Source of the DNA: a virus
Length of the DNA stretch: 64,000 bases
Virus record (IMG/VR): IMGVR_UViG_3300037882_004081
Coordinates: 38,729-102,728 of that record
Direction: 5' to 3' (one strand)
The position numbers and the translations under genes were made by a program. This document shows, piece after piece, positions 46,689 to 55,815 of the stretch (positions within the stretch are counted from its first letter, which is position 1; every line of letters begins with the position of its first letter). Under the pieces are notes generated by a model that saw nothing but the letters and a program-made list of their open reading frames with translations, was not told where the DNA came from and made no database searches.

Positions 46689-47495
46689 GTGACTTCTCAA
46701 TCTGTACTCAATGTGGGCGAATACGCCTGCTCTACCCCACCTGCCGTGCCATCTTCATCAACTCCTGTCGACCTGTCTCCAGTCAATGAACTGGTGGCCA
46801 AATGGACGGCAAGCATTGTCTGTCTGTCCCATCCAAGCCCAGGTACACCTGAACTCGATCAGGTGAGCTTCGAAGAGTTCCCAGCCATTGGGTTCCGGGA
46901 GTTCTTCCAAGTTATCGAAAAACTGAACGAAAAGCCCGACCGGAAGACTCCACTCGCGGTACTCGCGACCTTGGTGGTGCACAAGGTTCCGACGGTGATC
47001 GTGGGCGCGGATTCTGGCGCTACAGTCCTTGCGTCGGCGAGCTTTGGCGACAGCAGGCATCAGATCACGTGCTGTTCCCCGTTCCTCGATGGCACCAGCA
47101 CGGCGGTCGAGCAAGCGTTTGCCCACCTGAACTGGATGAAGTCACCGTACTTCCTGTTCATGCTTGAACCAGCGAGTTATTTCACGTCCATTCACCGGTA
47201 TCTCAACACTATGCACACGCCGGGTGATGGTGGGCACCACTTCACCAATCGTCCCGGCAGAGTTCACATCCAGGCTACTCCTGAGACCGGAGTTGACGTG
47301 AAAGGCGCAGTGGCATCCCTGAATTCCATCAGCAAGCATCTGGACGCTGGATCACTGGTGTCGGTGTACGGGCTGAGTCGCGAGGATAGGAAGGAGTTCC
47401 TTGAGCATGCGGACGCGATGTTCGAAAACTGCAGTTTGGTCGTTAACCGGGACGGAGATGGGTGGGGGAGCGGTTTTCTGATGCTGCAAGTATGA
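46689..47495 (+). CDS. Hypothetical protein, possible degenerate class I SAM-methyltransferase fold
   Basis: VIVGADSGAT motif-I-like; L.AG..V.V; terminal G.G....Q. Confidence 0.35.
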   Translation: MTSQSVLNVGEYACSTPPAVPSSSTPVDLSPVNELVAKWTASIVCLSHPSPGTPELDQVSFEEFPAIGFREFFQVIEKLNEKPDRKTPLAVLATLVVHKVPTVIVGADSGATVLASASFGDSRHQITCCSPFLDGTSTAVEQAFAHLNWMKSPYFLFMLEPASYFTSIHRYLNTMHTPGDGGHHFTNRPGRVHIQATPETGVDVKGAVASLNSISKHLDAGSLVSVYGLSREDRKEFLEHADAMFENCSLVVNRDGDGWGSGFLMLQV

Positions 47496-47752
47496 AAATC
47501 GTCCCGGATATCATCCCAATCAACGACATGGGTAGCGCTTACCCATCAGGACAAACCCCTACCAGGGCTTTCCTGTCCGAAGGTACTGGGTATTTGCAAC
47601 ATGCTCAAGACGAGCTTCATCGTGGTCATACAGGGGATGTGGTTCAGCTTCTTTTCCGCTCCAAGTTTGCACTGTTCAAGCCAGACGGGTACAAGTGGTG
47701 GGTTAAGGTACCCAAACAACACCTCCACACCAGCACTCAATGTCGTCACTGA
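47492..47752 (+). CDS. Hypothetical protein
   Basis: ATGA-coupled. Confidence 0.5.
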   Translation: MKIVPDIIPINDMGSAYPSGQTPTRAFLSEGTGYLQHAQDELHRGHTGDVVQLLFRSKFALFKPDGYKWWVKVPKQHLHTSTQCRH

Positions 47753-48231
47753 AACAAGCCATCGTTGAAGCAACCGTCGCCAAAAACCCGACGTTTCTTC
47801 ACTTCAAGTTCGACTCCGATTGGACCAGCGATATCCGCCAGACTCCTGCCACGCTGGCCAAACTGAAGGAGGCGCTTTTCGAGTCCGGTGGCAGCTTGTT
47901 GCACGCGACGTTCAGCGACGCGTGGTTCTCGGTGCCAGAGGGGCAAAAGTGCGACGTGACGATTGGGGAGCACGTGGTGCGTGGTACGATCGTGACACGG
48001 GAGCAGGTCGTTGAGCAACTTTCCGGAATGGACGCCTTGGTGACCGACCCGCCAGAGTCCGACATGACCGGCATTGAGGTTACCGAACAGGACCTCGGCA
48101 ACCTGCGTATCGTCAAAGACGGTGGCACGGTGGCACGCGAGGACCTCGATTGGTTGGCGGAAGCCGGACTCGTGGAAATCAAGGCTGGTGGCGCAACGGT
48201 TACCGCTGCTGGTCTCGGAATGTTGGATTAG
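47740..48231 (+). CDS. Hypothetical protein
   Basis: 163 aa, C-terminal wHTH-like L...GLV......VT..G. Confidence 0.55.
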   Translation: MSSLKQAIVEATVAKNPTFLHFKFDSDWTSDIRQTPATLAKLKEALFESGGSLLHATFSDAWFSVPEGQKCDVTIGEHVVRGTIVTREQVVEQLSGMDALVTDPPESDMTGIEVTEQDLGNLRIVKDGGTVAREDLDWLAEAGLVEIKAGGATVTAAGLGMLD

Positions 48232-48254
48232 GCGACTGTGTTCTTGAGTGCTTG

Positions 48255-48860
48255 ATGATTGAGCAAGAGCTTCGCCAAATGGCACACCTCAGCAGGTGGC
48301 AGGTTGTGCCGGTCAACCGGAAACAATCGTTGGCTGAGCATTCGTGGTTTGTCGCGGTGATCGCGAAGAGGATCGTGGTCGACCTCAACATGACTGGTCA
48401 GCCAATCACAGTCGGAGTTGACATCTGTTCGATCAACATGGAGAACATCCTGTGGGAGGCGTTGATGCACGACGTTCCCGAGATTGTTGGCGGAGACACT
48501 CCAGGACCGATTCACGCACTCGTCAAAAAGGAAGCTCCGGGGCTCAAAGTCAAAATCTCCAAAGAAGTCAAGCGGTTCCTGCCGTGGTTCGAAGAGTCAC
48601 CTGATCCACTTACCCGTCAGATTGTCTGCATGGCGGACCTGACGGAGGCTTGCTTGTTCCTTCTTGAGGAAATTCAGTCTGGCAACGTCCGTGTGAAACC
48701 GCACTACGAGGTGTTGAGACACAAAACCGTCGTTTACCTGGAGGGTCTGGACTGGGTGTTCGGGGGTGGTGAGTGCAACTCTCCAGTGTCGTGGTTCGAA
48801 AAAGCCACCGTGAACGCCCAAAACAAGCTGAAGGTGATCGGCGAAAGGGGGTGGTTATGA
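48255..48860 (+). CDS. HD-domain nucleotide phosphohydrolase (YfbR/DatZ-like)
   Basis: RW......QSLAEHS, ALMHD..E...GD.PGP, AD..EA.LFL.EE...GN. Confidence 0.85.
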   Translation: MIEQELRQMAHLSRWQVVPVNRKQSLAEHSWFVAVIAKRIVVDLNMTGQPITVGVDICSINMENILWEALMHDVPEIVGGDTPGPIHALVKKEAPGLKVKISKEVKRFLPWFEESPDPLTRQIVCMADLTEACLFLLEEIQSGNVRVKPHYEVLRHKTVVYLEGLDWVFGGGECNSPVSWFEKATVNAQNKLKVIGERGWL

Positions 48861-49225
48861 TACTGGGAGAACAAGAGACACTGGACCTCATTTCGGTGGT
48901 CACACAGTCGGAGTTGCCCAACGAGGCAAAGATCAAGATTGTTCAGACGCTGTCCAGCGCTAGGTCCATTCGGAAGGCTTCTGATGTAGCCTCCCTTTGT
49001 CTGCTCGCTATCATCTACCATTGGCACAAGGAAGCCGGTCACCCCATGGGCGAAGCGCCATCGGTTACGGTTCCGCTGTCCGCGATCAAGGAGATCGATC
49101 AGAACATCAAGGAGTTTGGCATGCCAAAACTGGTATACCGGGAGGAAGGCGAGGAAGCCGTCGTTTCAATGCACTGGGATAAAACAAATGGAAGCACCAC
49201 CGAGCCTGACCAAAGAGCGGGATGA
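48857..49225 (+). CDS. Hypothetical protein
   Basis: ATGA-coupled. Confidence 0.55.
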   Translation: MILGEQETLDLISVVTQSELPNEAKIKIVQTLSSARSIRKASDVASLCLLAIIYHWHKEAGHPMGEAPSVTVPLSAIKEIDQNIKEFGMPKLVYREEGEEAVVSMHWDKTNGSTTEPDQRAG

Positions 49226-49796
49226 CCTGAAAAGGCTCCTTGGCACCAACTACGACCACTTTGTTGACCCGTGGAGACGGCAGGTTGATTCCGTGTCCAG
49301 GGCAATCTCGGAGGAACCCATCGTGACGGTCAGACTGATGATGGCGGCGATTCCGACGGATGTGCGGGTGTTGGCGGTGGCGGGGGCGGTAGACCTTCAA
49401 GAAGATGTCCACAAGAAGGAACTGGCAGGTGCGCCGATCCGGATATCACAAGCGGTCAAAGCATCAAGGGACCGCACCAAAGCTCTATTAGGTCAAGACG
49501 AGTACAAAGTTGCCGTACAGCCCTACAAAGATGCCATCCTCACACTCCGGGAGTCAAAAAAGATGTCCGGCACGAAAGTTGCCGCCACCACAATTGCCCA
49601 CCATCAAGTGGCGGCAGCAGCGGACGAGGACAAAAGCGCCCTCTCGGACATCATCTGGGCAGCAGCGGCAGACCTACTTGATGAGGAAAACCGAAAAAGG
49701 GAAATAGCGCTGAAACTGAACGTGGCAAGCGCGTTCTCGAAGCCCAGTGAGCAAACCACACAAATTCCGGTTATTGAAGGACGGAGAGACGACTGA
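49188..49796 (+). CDS. Hypothetical protein with two internal helical repeats
   Basis: RD.LK.LLG...Y...V.P / RD.TKALLG..EY...V.P duplication. Confidence 0.6.
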   Translation: MEAPPSLTKERDDLKRLLGTNYDHFVDPWRRQVDSVSRAISEEPIVTVRLMMAAIPTDVRVLAVAGAVDLQEDVHKKELAGAPIRISQAVKASRDRTKALLGQDEYKVAVQPYKDAILTLRESKKMSGTKVAATTIAHHQVAAAADEDKSALSDIIWAAAADLLDEENRKREIALKLNVASAFSKPSEQTTQIPVIEGRRDD

Positions 49797-49875
49797 CCCG
49801 GCGTTGGGTGACCAGTTCTACGACGGTACCGGGTGGGTACCGACTAAGCGTGACGGGAGGTTAGTGCACGCTGGG

Positions 49876-50154
49876 CTAGTCGGAGCTTACCGGAGACCCG
49901 TTCGACTTGGCTAGTGCGGTTATCGCGATCGCCATATGCCGGGTGGCAGTGCGCTCAGCACAAAGTTGAGCAACCTCAACGGTGTCGTGCTCGGTGGCAC
50001 CAGTCTTTCCTAGACAGGACCAACGCCATTTCCGTGGTGGTCCGTTGCGCGTCCCCATTGGTTGCCAAACCGTGAGTTCGACCCACGGGGTCAGCACAAG
50101 GGACCTGCTGTCATACTGATTGGTTTTCCAGTTAGGGTGTGGCTTGTTGTTCAT
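49876..50154 (-). CDS. Hypothetical protein
   Basis: 92-aa ORF in early operon. Confidence 0.5.
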   Translation of the reverse strand: MNNKPHPNWKTNQYDSRSLVLTPWVELTVWQPMGTRNGPPRKWRWSCLGKTGATEHDTVEVAQLCAERTATRHMAIAITALAKSNGSPVSSD

Positions 50155-50521
50155 CTTTGAGGTCTTGAAGGTCTTGTTCCATGTGGCGAATTGCCGCTGC
50201 CAGAATCCCGTGGGCAGCGTACTGGAGTTTTGGTCCGATCATCTGACTGTCAGGATCGTCGGCTACCTTGATCGGGATAAGCTCCTTGAGGCGCTTCAGT
50301 ACCACCCCAAGGTCGCTCGTAGGTTCGGCTGATTCTGAGCCCTGTGGCTTACGCAGAAGTTCGTAAAGGGCATCGGCGTTCACCGAAACCTCTTCGGCCT
50401 TTGGCGAGCCAAGAGGTTTGAGTTGAATGGAGCCGCCCGGAATGAGGCTGACGGTGAGCGGCTTATCGCCGACCATGAAGCCGGAGATGCGACGGACGAT
50501 TTTGGAGATTGGTGCGACCAT
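50132..50521 (-). CDS. Hypothetical early protein
   Basis: ATG 50521 downstream of consensus promoter. Confidence 0.6.
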   Translation of the reverse strand: MVAPISKIVRRISGFMVGDKPLTVSLIPGGSIQLKPLGSPKAEEVSVNADALYELLRKPQGSESAEPTSDLGVVLKRLKELIPIKVADDPDSQMIGPKLQYAAHGILAAAIRHMEQDLQDLKDEQQATP

Positions 50522-50539
50522 TGGTTTAGAGAGTGGGTA

Positions 50540-50568
50540 AATATAACACAGAAAAAGACTCTTGTCAA
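50540..50568 (-). promoter_or_regulatory. Sigma70-type early promoter
   Basis: TTGACA-17nt-TATATT with TGTG extension. Confidence 0.75.
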
Positions 50569-50588
50569 GTACCCTTTCTGAGAGCCAC

Positions 50589-50798
50589 ATGAAAATCACT
50601 GGAGTCATTTTGAAGGAGACCGATCGGGCTGTTGAGTTCCAGCCCAGGGATAGCAGTCAGGCTCATTGGTTGCCAAGATCAACAATCGACACCATCCACA
50701 AAAAGCCTGTTGGGAGCGGTGGGATAGTGGTGGCGACGATCGATCTTGCCGATTGGATGGCTAAGGATCGAGGCATTGACGTATATGAGGATGCCTGA
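50589..50798 (+). CDS. Small phage protein
   Basis: ETDRAV......WLPRS....W.A...G pattern. Confidence 0.6.
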   Translation: MKITGVILKETDRAVEFQPRDSSQAHWLPRSTIDTIHKKPVGSGGIVVATIDLADWMAKDRGIDVYEDA

Positions 50799-50813
50799 TG
50801 GCTAGATATCCCC

Positions 50814-53591
50814 GTGACTCTGCAGAACCTCACGGGGCAACCACTCCTCATCACGTACACCGATAACGGCGAGGAAAAACTCTCCAACCTCGGCGCTTAT
50901 GCGTCTATCGCCATTGCGACTGGCATACTGAGTCCCAGTACGCTCAGAATGATCGAAGTCGGTTATCTGAAGGTAGCCGGTGAACTCTCAACAGCACCGG
51001 ACGTTTATTTGCCACCGGTATCTGGATTTGGTCTCCGTTATGCCAGTGATTGGCGGATCGGGGCATTCTACGCGGGTGGATCAATCGTCAAAAACTCCGG
51101 TGTTACTTGGATTGCACTCCAGGATGTTCAGTCCATCTCGCCACCATCAGAGGGGAGCGATTGGACGGTGTTTTCCATCACCACTTCGGAGTTGTTCCTG
51201 GGGATCGACCCGGATACCGTCTCGACCAACCACGTCATTTACAAATCGGCGTCCGGATGGGTGGCTGGATTGCTGGGCGACAGCAACCTGAACTCCCTAT
51301 CGATTTCCAAGATCAGTGGCCTCACCACTGCCCTATCCCAAAAGGTGTCGACGACGGGCGGCACAATGACCGGGTTCCTGCTGCTGCACGCTGATCCAAC
51401 GATCTCGACGCACGCAGCCCGCAAGGGGTGGGTTGACTCCACGTTCATCGCGAAAGCCGGTGGCACGATGTCTGGTGCGCTGTCCGTCCAGACGCCAAGT
51501 GCGGACGCCCACGCGGCTCCCCGGAGTTACGTTGATACGGCGGTGACAGGTCGCCTCGCGCTCTCGGGCGGCGCGATGACCGGTTACATCTTGCTGCACG
51601 CCGCCCCGTCCGACAACGCCCACGCGGTCAATAAGGGATGGGCTGATACGACGTTCCTCGCGAAAGCCGGTGGCACGATGAGCGGTTTCCTGCTGCTGCA
51701 CGCTGACCCAACGGTCTCGACGCACGCGGCTCGCAAGGGGTGGGTCGACACCAATTTCCTCGCTAAGGCGGGTGGCTCCATGGCGGGTTTCATTGGACTC
51801 CACGCCAACCCGACTGACTCCACGCACGCAGCCCGCAAGGCGTATGTGGACCTGTTCTTGCCGCTTGCCGGTGGGACAATGAGCGGGTTCCTGATCCTGC
51901 ACGCTGACCCGACGCTTTCCACGCATGCAGCCCGCAAGGGGTGGATTGACACCAACTTCATCAACAAGTCCGGTGGTACCATGACGGGTGCGCTCACTGT
52001 TCCCGTCACCCCAACCGCTCCGGGGCACGCGGTCAGCAAGAGCTATCTGGAGTCTTCGATTGGTGGGTCTGGTGGTCCGTTTCTGGCGCTTGCTGGTGGC
52101 GTGATGACGGGTGCAATCACAGGAGCACACGGGCTCTTGCCAAGGTCCGGTGGAGTGTCGTTCCCGATAACCGCAGAAGTTTACTTCTCGAACGTTGCGG
52201 ACGCTTCCGGCACCAACGGTCTGTATCACTCGACCGAACAAGCCACCCTCGCCTACAGGGGTAAGCAACTGCTCAGGCGTGGTGGGACGGTGACAGCCTC
52301 TGGTGACTACACGGTTCCCGCAACCGCTGGTTTGGCGCTGATTGCCAACGAAACCGCTGCCGTCATCACACTTGCCGCTGGTACTGGTGGGCAATTGGTG
52401 CTCAAGAAGGTCTCCGGATCTGGCGTCCCCGCTATCATCTCGACCGGGACTTCGATCGGACAACTCGCGGACCTTGTGTTGTCGGTTTCGGGTGAATCAG
52501 CTGTCCTGGAGTACATCGACTCCACGTGGGTTCTGGTGAGCCGTTACACACCGCAGTCGGAATCGGTAGCGGTGGCGTTTGAAACCCCAGGCACCGAAAC
52601 ATCCAACGAAATCACGGTTGCCGCCAAGGTCCGAGATAGAATCTACCGACAGATTGACGTGTCGGCAGTCACCAACGAAGGCGGCGGCACCATCGGGTTC
52701 ACGGTCGTTGACTCCACCGGATGGCGAGTCGGGGACGTGATCGAAATTGCCGAATCGCCCGGTGGATACAACGGTGTTTACTCGATCACCTCCCTTACTG
52801 GCACCTCCATCCGAGCGCTTGGCACCTACTCATCGACTAGCACCGGAGTCCTGCGCGGGCAAATCCGGCCTCTGGTCACGGAGCCAAAAACAATCCTGTT
52901 CGCGCTGTCCGGTTCCGCGATCGACCCGTTTGTCGCACCAGCCAGTGGACTCGCGATTTCCGCAACCGTTGGTGGATCGGTGGCAGTTGGTCAGGACTTG
53001 GTGGCAGTGAGAAGCTCCATTGAAGACATCTCGGTCAAAGTCTCCGATTCGATCGGGGGAGCAAAATCCTGCTACATTCACGCGATCTCAGCGGGCAATC
53101 CAAATGGTTCGGTATACGGTCTCAATGAGACCGTTGTGTCGGATGTCGCCAAACACTCTACCTCTATCACCGGGGTGGCGGATTCCGGCAGCGGTAGTTC
53201 GATCCTGACTCTGGACGACTGGTTGTACTGGGAGGTTGGAGATGACGTGACGGTAGATGGTACCGCGGATTATGACGGCACTCACGAAGTTCTGTCGATC
53301 GATGCGGGAGCTGGCGAGGTCGAAATCGGTGTGGTATTCACATCGTCGCAAACCGGCCTCGCGACCAGCGAAAACACCCTCGAAGTTACGGTGTTGAATA
53401 ATGCCGGGTTCGATGGCTTGCTGGCTCTTTTCGACGGACCATCAGCGATTGGCGGTACCAGCCCGTCCGCGCTACCGGTCGTCGCGACTCTGGCGTCCAG
53501 CATACTGGGCGTGCGAGCGTCGTTCTCGGGCGCTGGTGCCACCACCGGTCGCGCCTACCAACTTCCGAGCGTCCAGCTTACTTTTGCCTGA
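50814..53591 (+). CDS. Tail fibre protein with CBM5/12-like module and GGTMxG repeats
   Basis: W.....Y..G.IV...G.TW.A; seven ~34-aa repeats; TAGATAT upstream. Confidence 0.8.
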   Translation: MTLQNLTGQPLLITYTDNGEEKLSNLGAYASIAIATGILSPSTLRMIEVGYLKVAGELSTAPDVYLPPVSGFGLRYASDWRIGAFYAGGSIVKNSGVTWIALQDVQSISPPSEGSDWTVFSITTSELFLGIDPDTVSTNHVIYKSASGWVAGLLGDSNLNSLSISKISGLTTALSQKVSTTGGTMTGFLLLHADPTISTHAARKGWVDSTFIAKAGGTMSGALSVQTPSADAHAAPRSYVDTAVTGRLALSGGAMTGYILLHAAPSDNAHAVNKGWADTTFLAKAGGTMSGFLLLHADPTVSTHAARKGWVDTNFLAKAGGSMAGFIGLHANPTDSTHAARKAYVDLFLPLAGGTMSGFLILHADPTLSTHAARKGWIDTNFINKSGGTMTGALTVPVTPTAPGHAVSKSYLESSIGGSGGPFLALAGGVMTGAITGAHGLLPRSGGVSFPITAEVYFSNVADASGTNGLYHSTEQATLAYRGKQLLRRGGTVTASGDYTVPATAGLALIANETAAVITLAAGTGGQLVLKKVSGSGVPAIISTGTSIGQLADLVLSVSGESAVLEYIDSTWVLVSRYTPQSESVAVAFETPGTETSNEITVAAKVRDRIYRQIDVSAVTNEGGGTIGFTVVDSTGWRVGDVIEIAESPGGYNGVYSITSLTGTSIRALGTYSSTSTGVLRGQIRPLVTEPKTILFALSGSAIDPFVAPASGLAISATVGGSVAVGQDLVAVRSSIEDISVKVSDSIGGAKSCYIHAISAGNPNGSVYGLNETVVSDVAKHSTSITGVADSGSGSSILTLDDWLYWEVGDDVTVDGTADYDGTHEVLSIDAGAGEVEIGVVFTSSQTGLATSENTLEVTVLNNAGFDGLLALFDGPSAIGGTSPSALPVVATLASSILGVRASFSGAGATTGRAYQLPSVQLTFA
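51357..52050 (+). repeat. Seven imperfect ~102-bp coding repeats (GGTMxGFLLLHADPTxSTHAARKGWVD)
   Basis: Visible in both protein and DNA. Confidence 0.9.
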
Positions 53592-54103
53592 TGCTGCTTT
53601 CACCCGTCAACCTTGGAGTCGCTTGGGGAAACCCAAGGTTTCAGCCTGTTCTGGCAAGTTGGTTCCAGTGCTTCTTCACTGGTCCCATTGGAAGGATGCC
53701 TGACATCACGAACGTGGAGATCAAAGGGCTTCCCGAGATCGGTGACACGGTGACACACGCCGACATCCCGTTGGTCAACTCGTGCATTCAGGTACCGAGC
53801 CACTTCATCCCCGTTGGGCCATTCAACCTGCAGTGCCGGATGTTCTCGAATCGTGATGGTCTCAACTTCTGGTCGGCGTGGCGGGACTTGGTGTACGACT
53901 ACGGGACAGACTCCGTTGGGCTTCTCAACCAAGTCGCCGGATCAGGCGAGATCACGATTTTTTCGGGCGATTCCACGTTGGCTGTGTATGAGTTGCTCAA
54001 CGTATGGCCAAGCAGGGTGGCGGTAGGACCGTTTTCGGTGGACGAGGATGGTCTCCTTCCGTATTCGATCACGCTAGTGGTTAATCAGGCGCGGCTTGTA
54101 TAG
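53591..54103 (+). CDS. Tail tube protein (T4 gp19-like)
   Basis: F..W...VYD..T...G; YEL.NVWP..V....F.......SITL. Confidence 0.75.
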   Translation: MLLSPVNLGVAWGNPRFQPVLASWFQCFFTGPIGRMPDITNVEIKGLPEIGDTVTHADIPLVNSCIQVPSHFIPVGPFNLQCRMFSNRDGLNFWSAWRDLVYDYGTDSVGLLNQVAGSGEITIFSGDSTLAVYELLNVWPSRVAVGPFSVDEDGLLPYSITLVVNQARLV

Positions 54104-54125
54104 GCGATGCGTTCTGCGTTCGGTT

Positions 54126-55103
54126 ATGCCGCACGCGCCACATACGCCAAGCATGAGGTTCATGAAGAGAAGGGCTCGACCAGCTGACCTTCTCACCGAA
54201 AAGCAGATCCTAAGCGCCATGTCGATGCGCGTGGATTCCAAGATGACGTGGCGGGAAGTTGGCGACATGTTCAACATTCGCGGGGAAGAGCCTGTCGAGG
54301 CGATGGTGGTGTTTCTGGAAGAGAAACTCGAAAAGAAGCTGAGGCGAGACGGCGAGGTTGTGGCTCCTTTTGTTCCTCCGCCGTCCATCAGCGAAACGCT
54401 GCGTGATGATGTGGATGAAGACGCAGAAGAGCAGGAAAACCCCAAGGAAGACGAAGAAGAGGATGACGACGACAAACCGGAGCCGCCAAAAAGCAGGAGT
54501 GTTGGTCCAAGCTCCTATGACACGAAAGACCCGGATGAGTTCGCTGGCCTCTTTGCCAAGCGTCGCGGCAGACCACCGGGTTCGGCGAACCGAACGATAG
54601 CCGGTCCGAAGTCATCCGCCGTTAGCATTTCCGACTCCATACCCACTCCAGCGACATCCGGACGACCATGGCGGTCTTCCCCAGACACCTTCTCCCGACC
54701 CGCTGACCGACCTTTCCCGAATTCACCCACTGTCATCACCACCTTGGCACCGAAAAAGCCTACTCCGCTGAAAGTCATGAACACACCCACCGAAGTCCTC
54801 GCCCATCACGGCTATGCGATCGAAACCGACGTGAAACCACCCATGGACATCAAAACCGCATTGGCGGAAGTTGCCAAAGATCTGGCGGAGGATATGGTGG
54901 TGCGAAATCTCACCACTCCGGACTCCAACATCGTGAAGGTGGCGCTCAAAAAAGTTGGAAAGGGCTATCATCTGGTCCCGGCGCAAGACGGTCCGGCTGA
55001 TGACGGTGGGGATCGGTGGGACTTGTATGTGGTCCCGGCTAGCTCCATGAAGAAACGTGGGGGCAGGAAGCCCGGAACCAAGATCGCCAAAAAAGCGCCT
55101 TAG
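54126..55103 (+). CDS. Putative DNA-binding protein (HTH, acidic tract, AT-hooks)
   Basis: TWREVGDMFNI; KRRGRPPGS; KKRGGRKPG; start uncertain. Confidence 0.55.
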   Translation: MPHAPHTPSMRFMKRRARPADLLTEKQILSAMSMRVDSKMTWREVGDMFNIRGEEPVEAMVVFLEEKLEKKLRRDGEVVAPFVPPPSISETLRDDVDEDAEEQENPKEDEEEDDDDKPEPPKSRSVGPSSYDTKDPDEFAGLFAKRRGRPPGSANRTIAGPKSSAVSISDSIPTPATSGRPWRSSPDTFSRPADRPFPNSPTVITTLAPKKPTPLKVMNTPTEVLAHHGYAIETDVKPPMDIKTALAEVAKDLAEDMVVRNLTTPDSNIVKVALKKVGKGYHLVPAQDGPADDGGDRWDLYVVPASSMKKRGGRKPGTKIAKKAP

Positions 55104-55807
55104 CCACCGGAGGAATCACCGTAATAAGCTGGCGAGATGGCTCGGTTCATCTTGTCAACCATGGCACTCCCAGCCTTTTTGAGGTTATCGGAATTGAGGT
55201 CCGAAATAGCCTCGATTCGTCCATCCATCAGAGAGCTTATGGTGACTTGCTTACCAACTCCCTTGTAGGTCGAGACATAGACGGTGGTGTCGATCAGGTC
55301 CTCGTCTCCAACATCGTGGTACTCCCCGGTTAGAGCGTCTTGGAAAGCTTCGGCGGCGATCTTCAGGGTCTTCGGGAGGAGGTTTGGAAGCTCCATGTTG
55401 TTCTGGGCAATCCTGATCCACCCCCAGTGTTTGATCGCGAACTCTCTCGCATCCGACTCGCGCATCGCCGAAAAAGCATCCTGAGCGACCTGATCGCCCC
55501 ACTCCCGACCAAGCATCCTGACTAGTTCGTCAAGGGCTTCGTCCAGGTCCTCTCCAAGTTGCGCGGAGAACTGCCCGTTGCTGACATCTTCTTTGAACGC
55601 CACCCAATCCGGACCGTAAATGTTCTCGGTTCCCAACAGTTCACAAAGTTGTGTGATCACAACCTCAATGACGTGCCCCTCGTGGTTGTAGTCCGAGTCC
55701 TCGTCAGCGTTTAGCAGACCACCACTGCCGGTGTACCAATACTCCCCAGAGAGGTTGAGCTTGGTTTCGCACAGGATGGCACGTTCGATCCGTTCAGTAA
55801 GGGTCAC
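55100..55807 (-). CDS. Putative head-internal protein
   Basis: Downstream of portal; N-terminus LTERIERAILCE; acidic. Confidence 0.5.
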   Translation of the reverse strand: MTLTERIERAILCETKLNLSGEYWYTGSGGLLNADEDSDYNHEGHVIEVVITQLCELLGTENIYGPDWVAFKEDVSNGQFSAQLGEDLDEALDELVRMLGREWGDQVAQDAFSAMRESDAREFAIKHWGWIRIAQNNMELPNLLPKTLKIAAEAFQDALTGEYHDVGDEDLIDTTVYVSTYKGVGKQVTISSLMDGRIEAISDLNSDNLKKAGSAMVDKMNRAISPAYYGDSSGG

Positions 55808-55815
55808 CCTGAAAA

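Noticed and set aside
51333-52463. Repeated DNA as a possible CRISPR array or DGR template/variable repeat
   Set aside because: Repeats are in-frame coding units of the fibre, with no spacers, no adenine-specific mismatch pattern and no RT or cas gene
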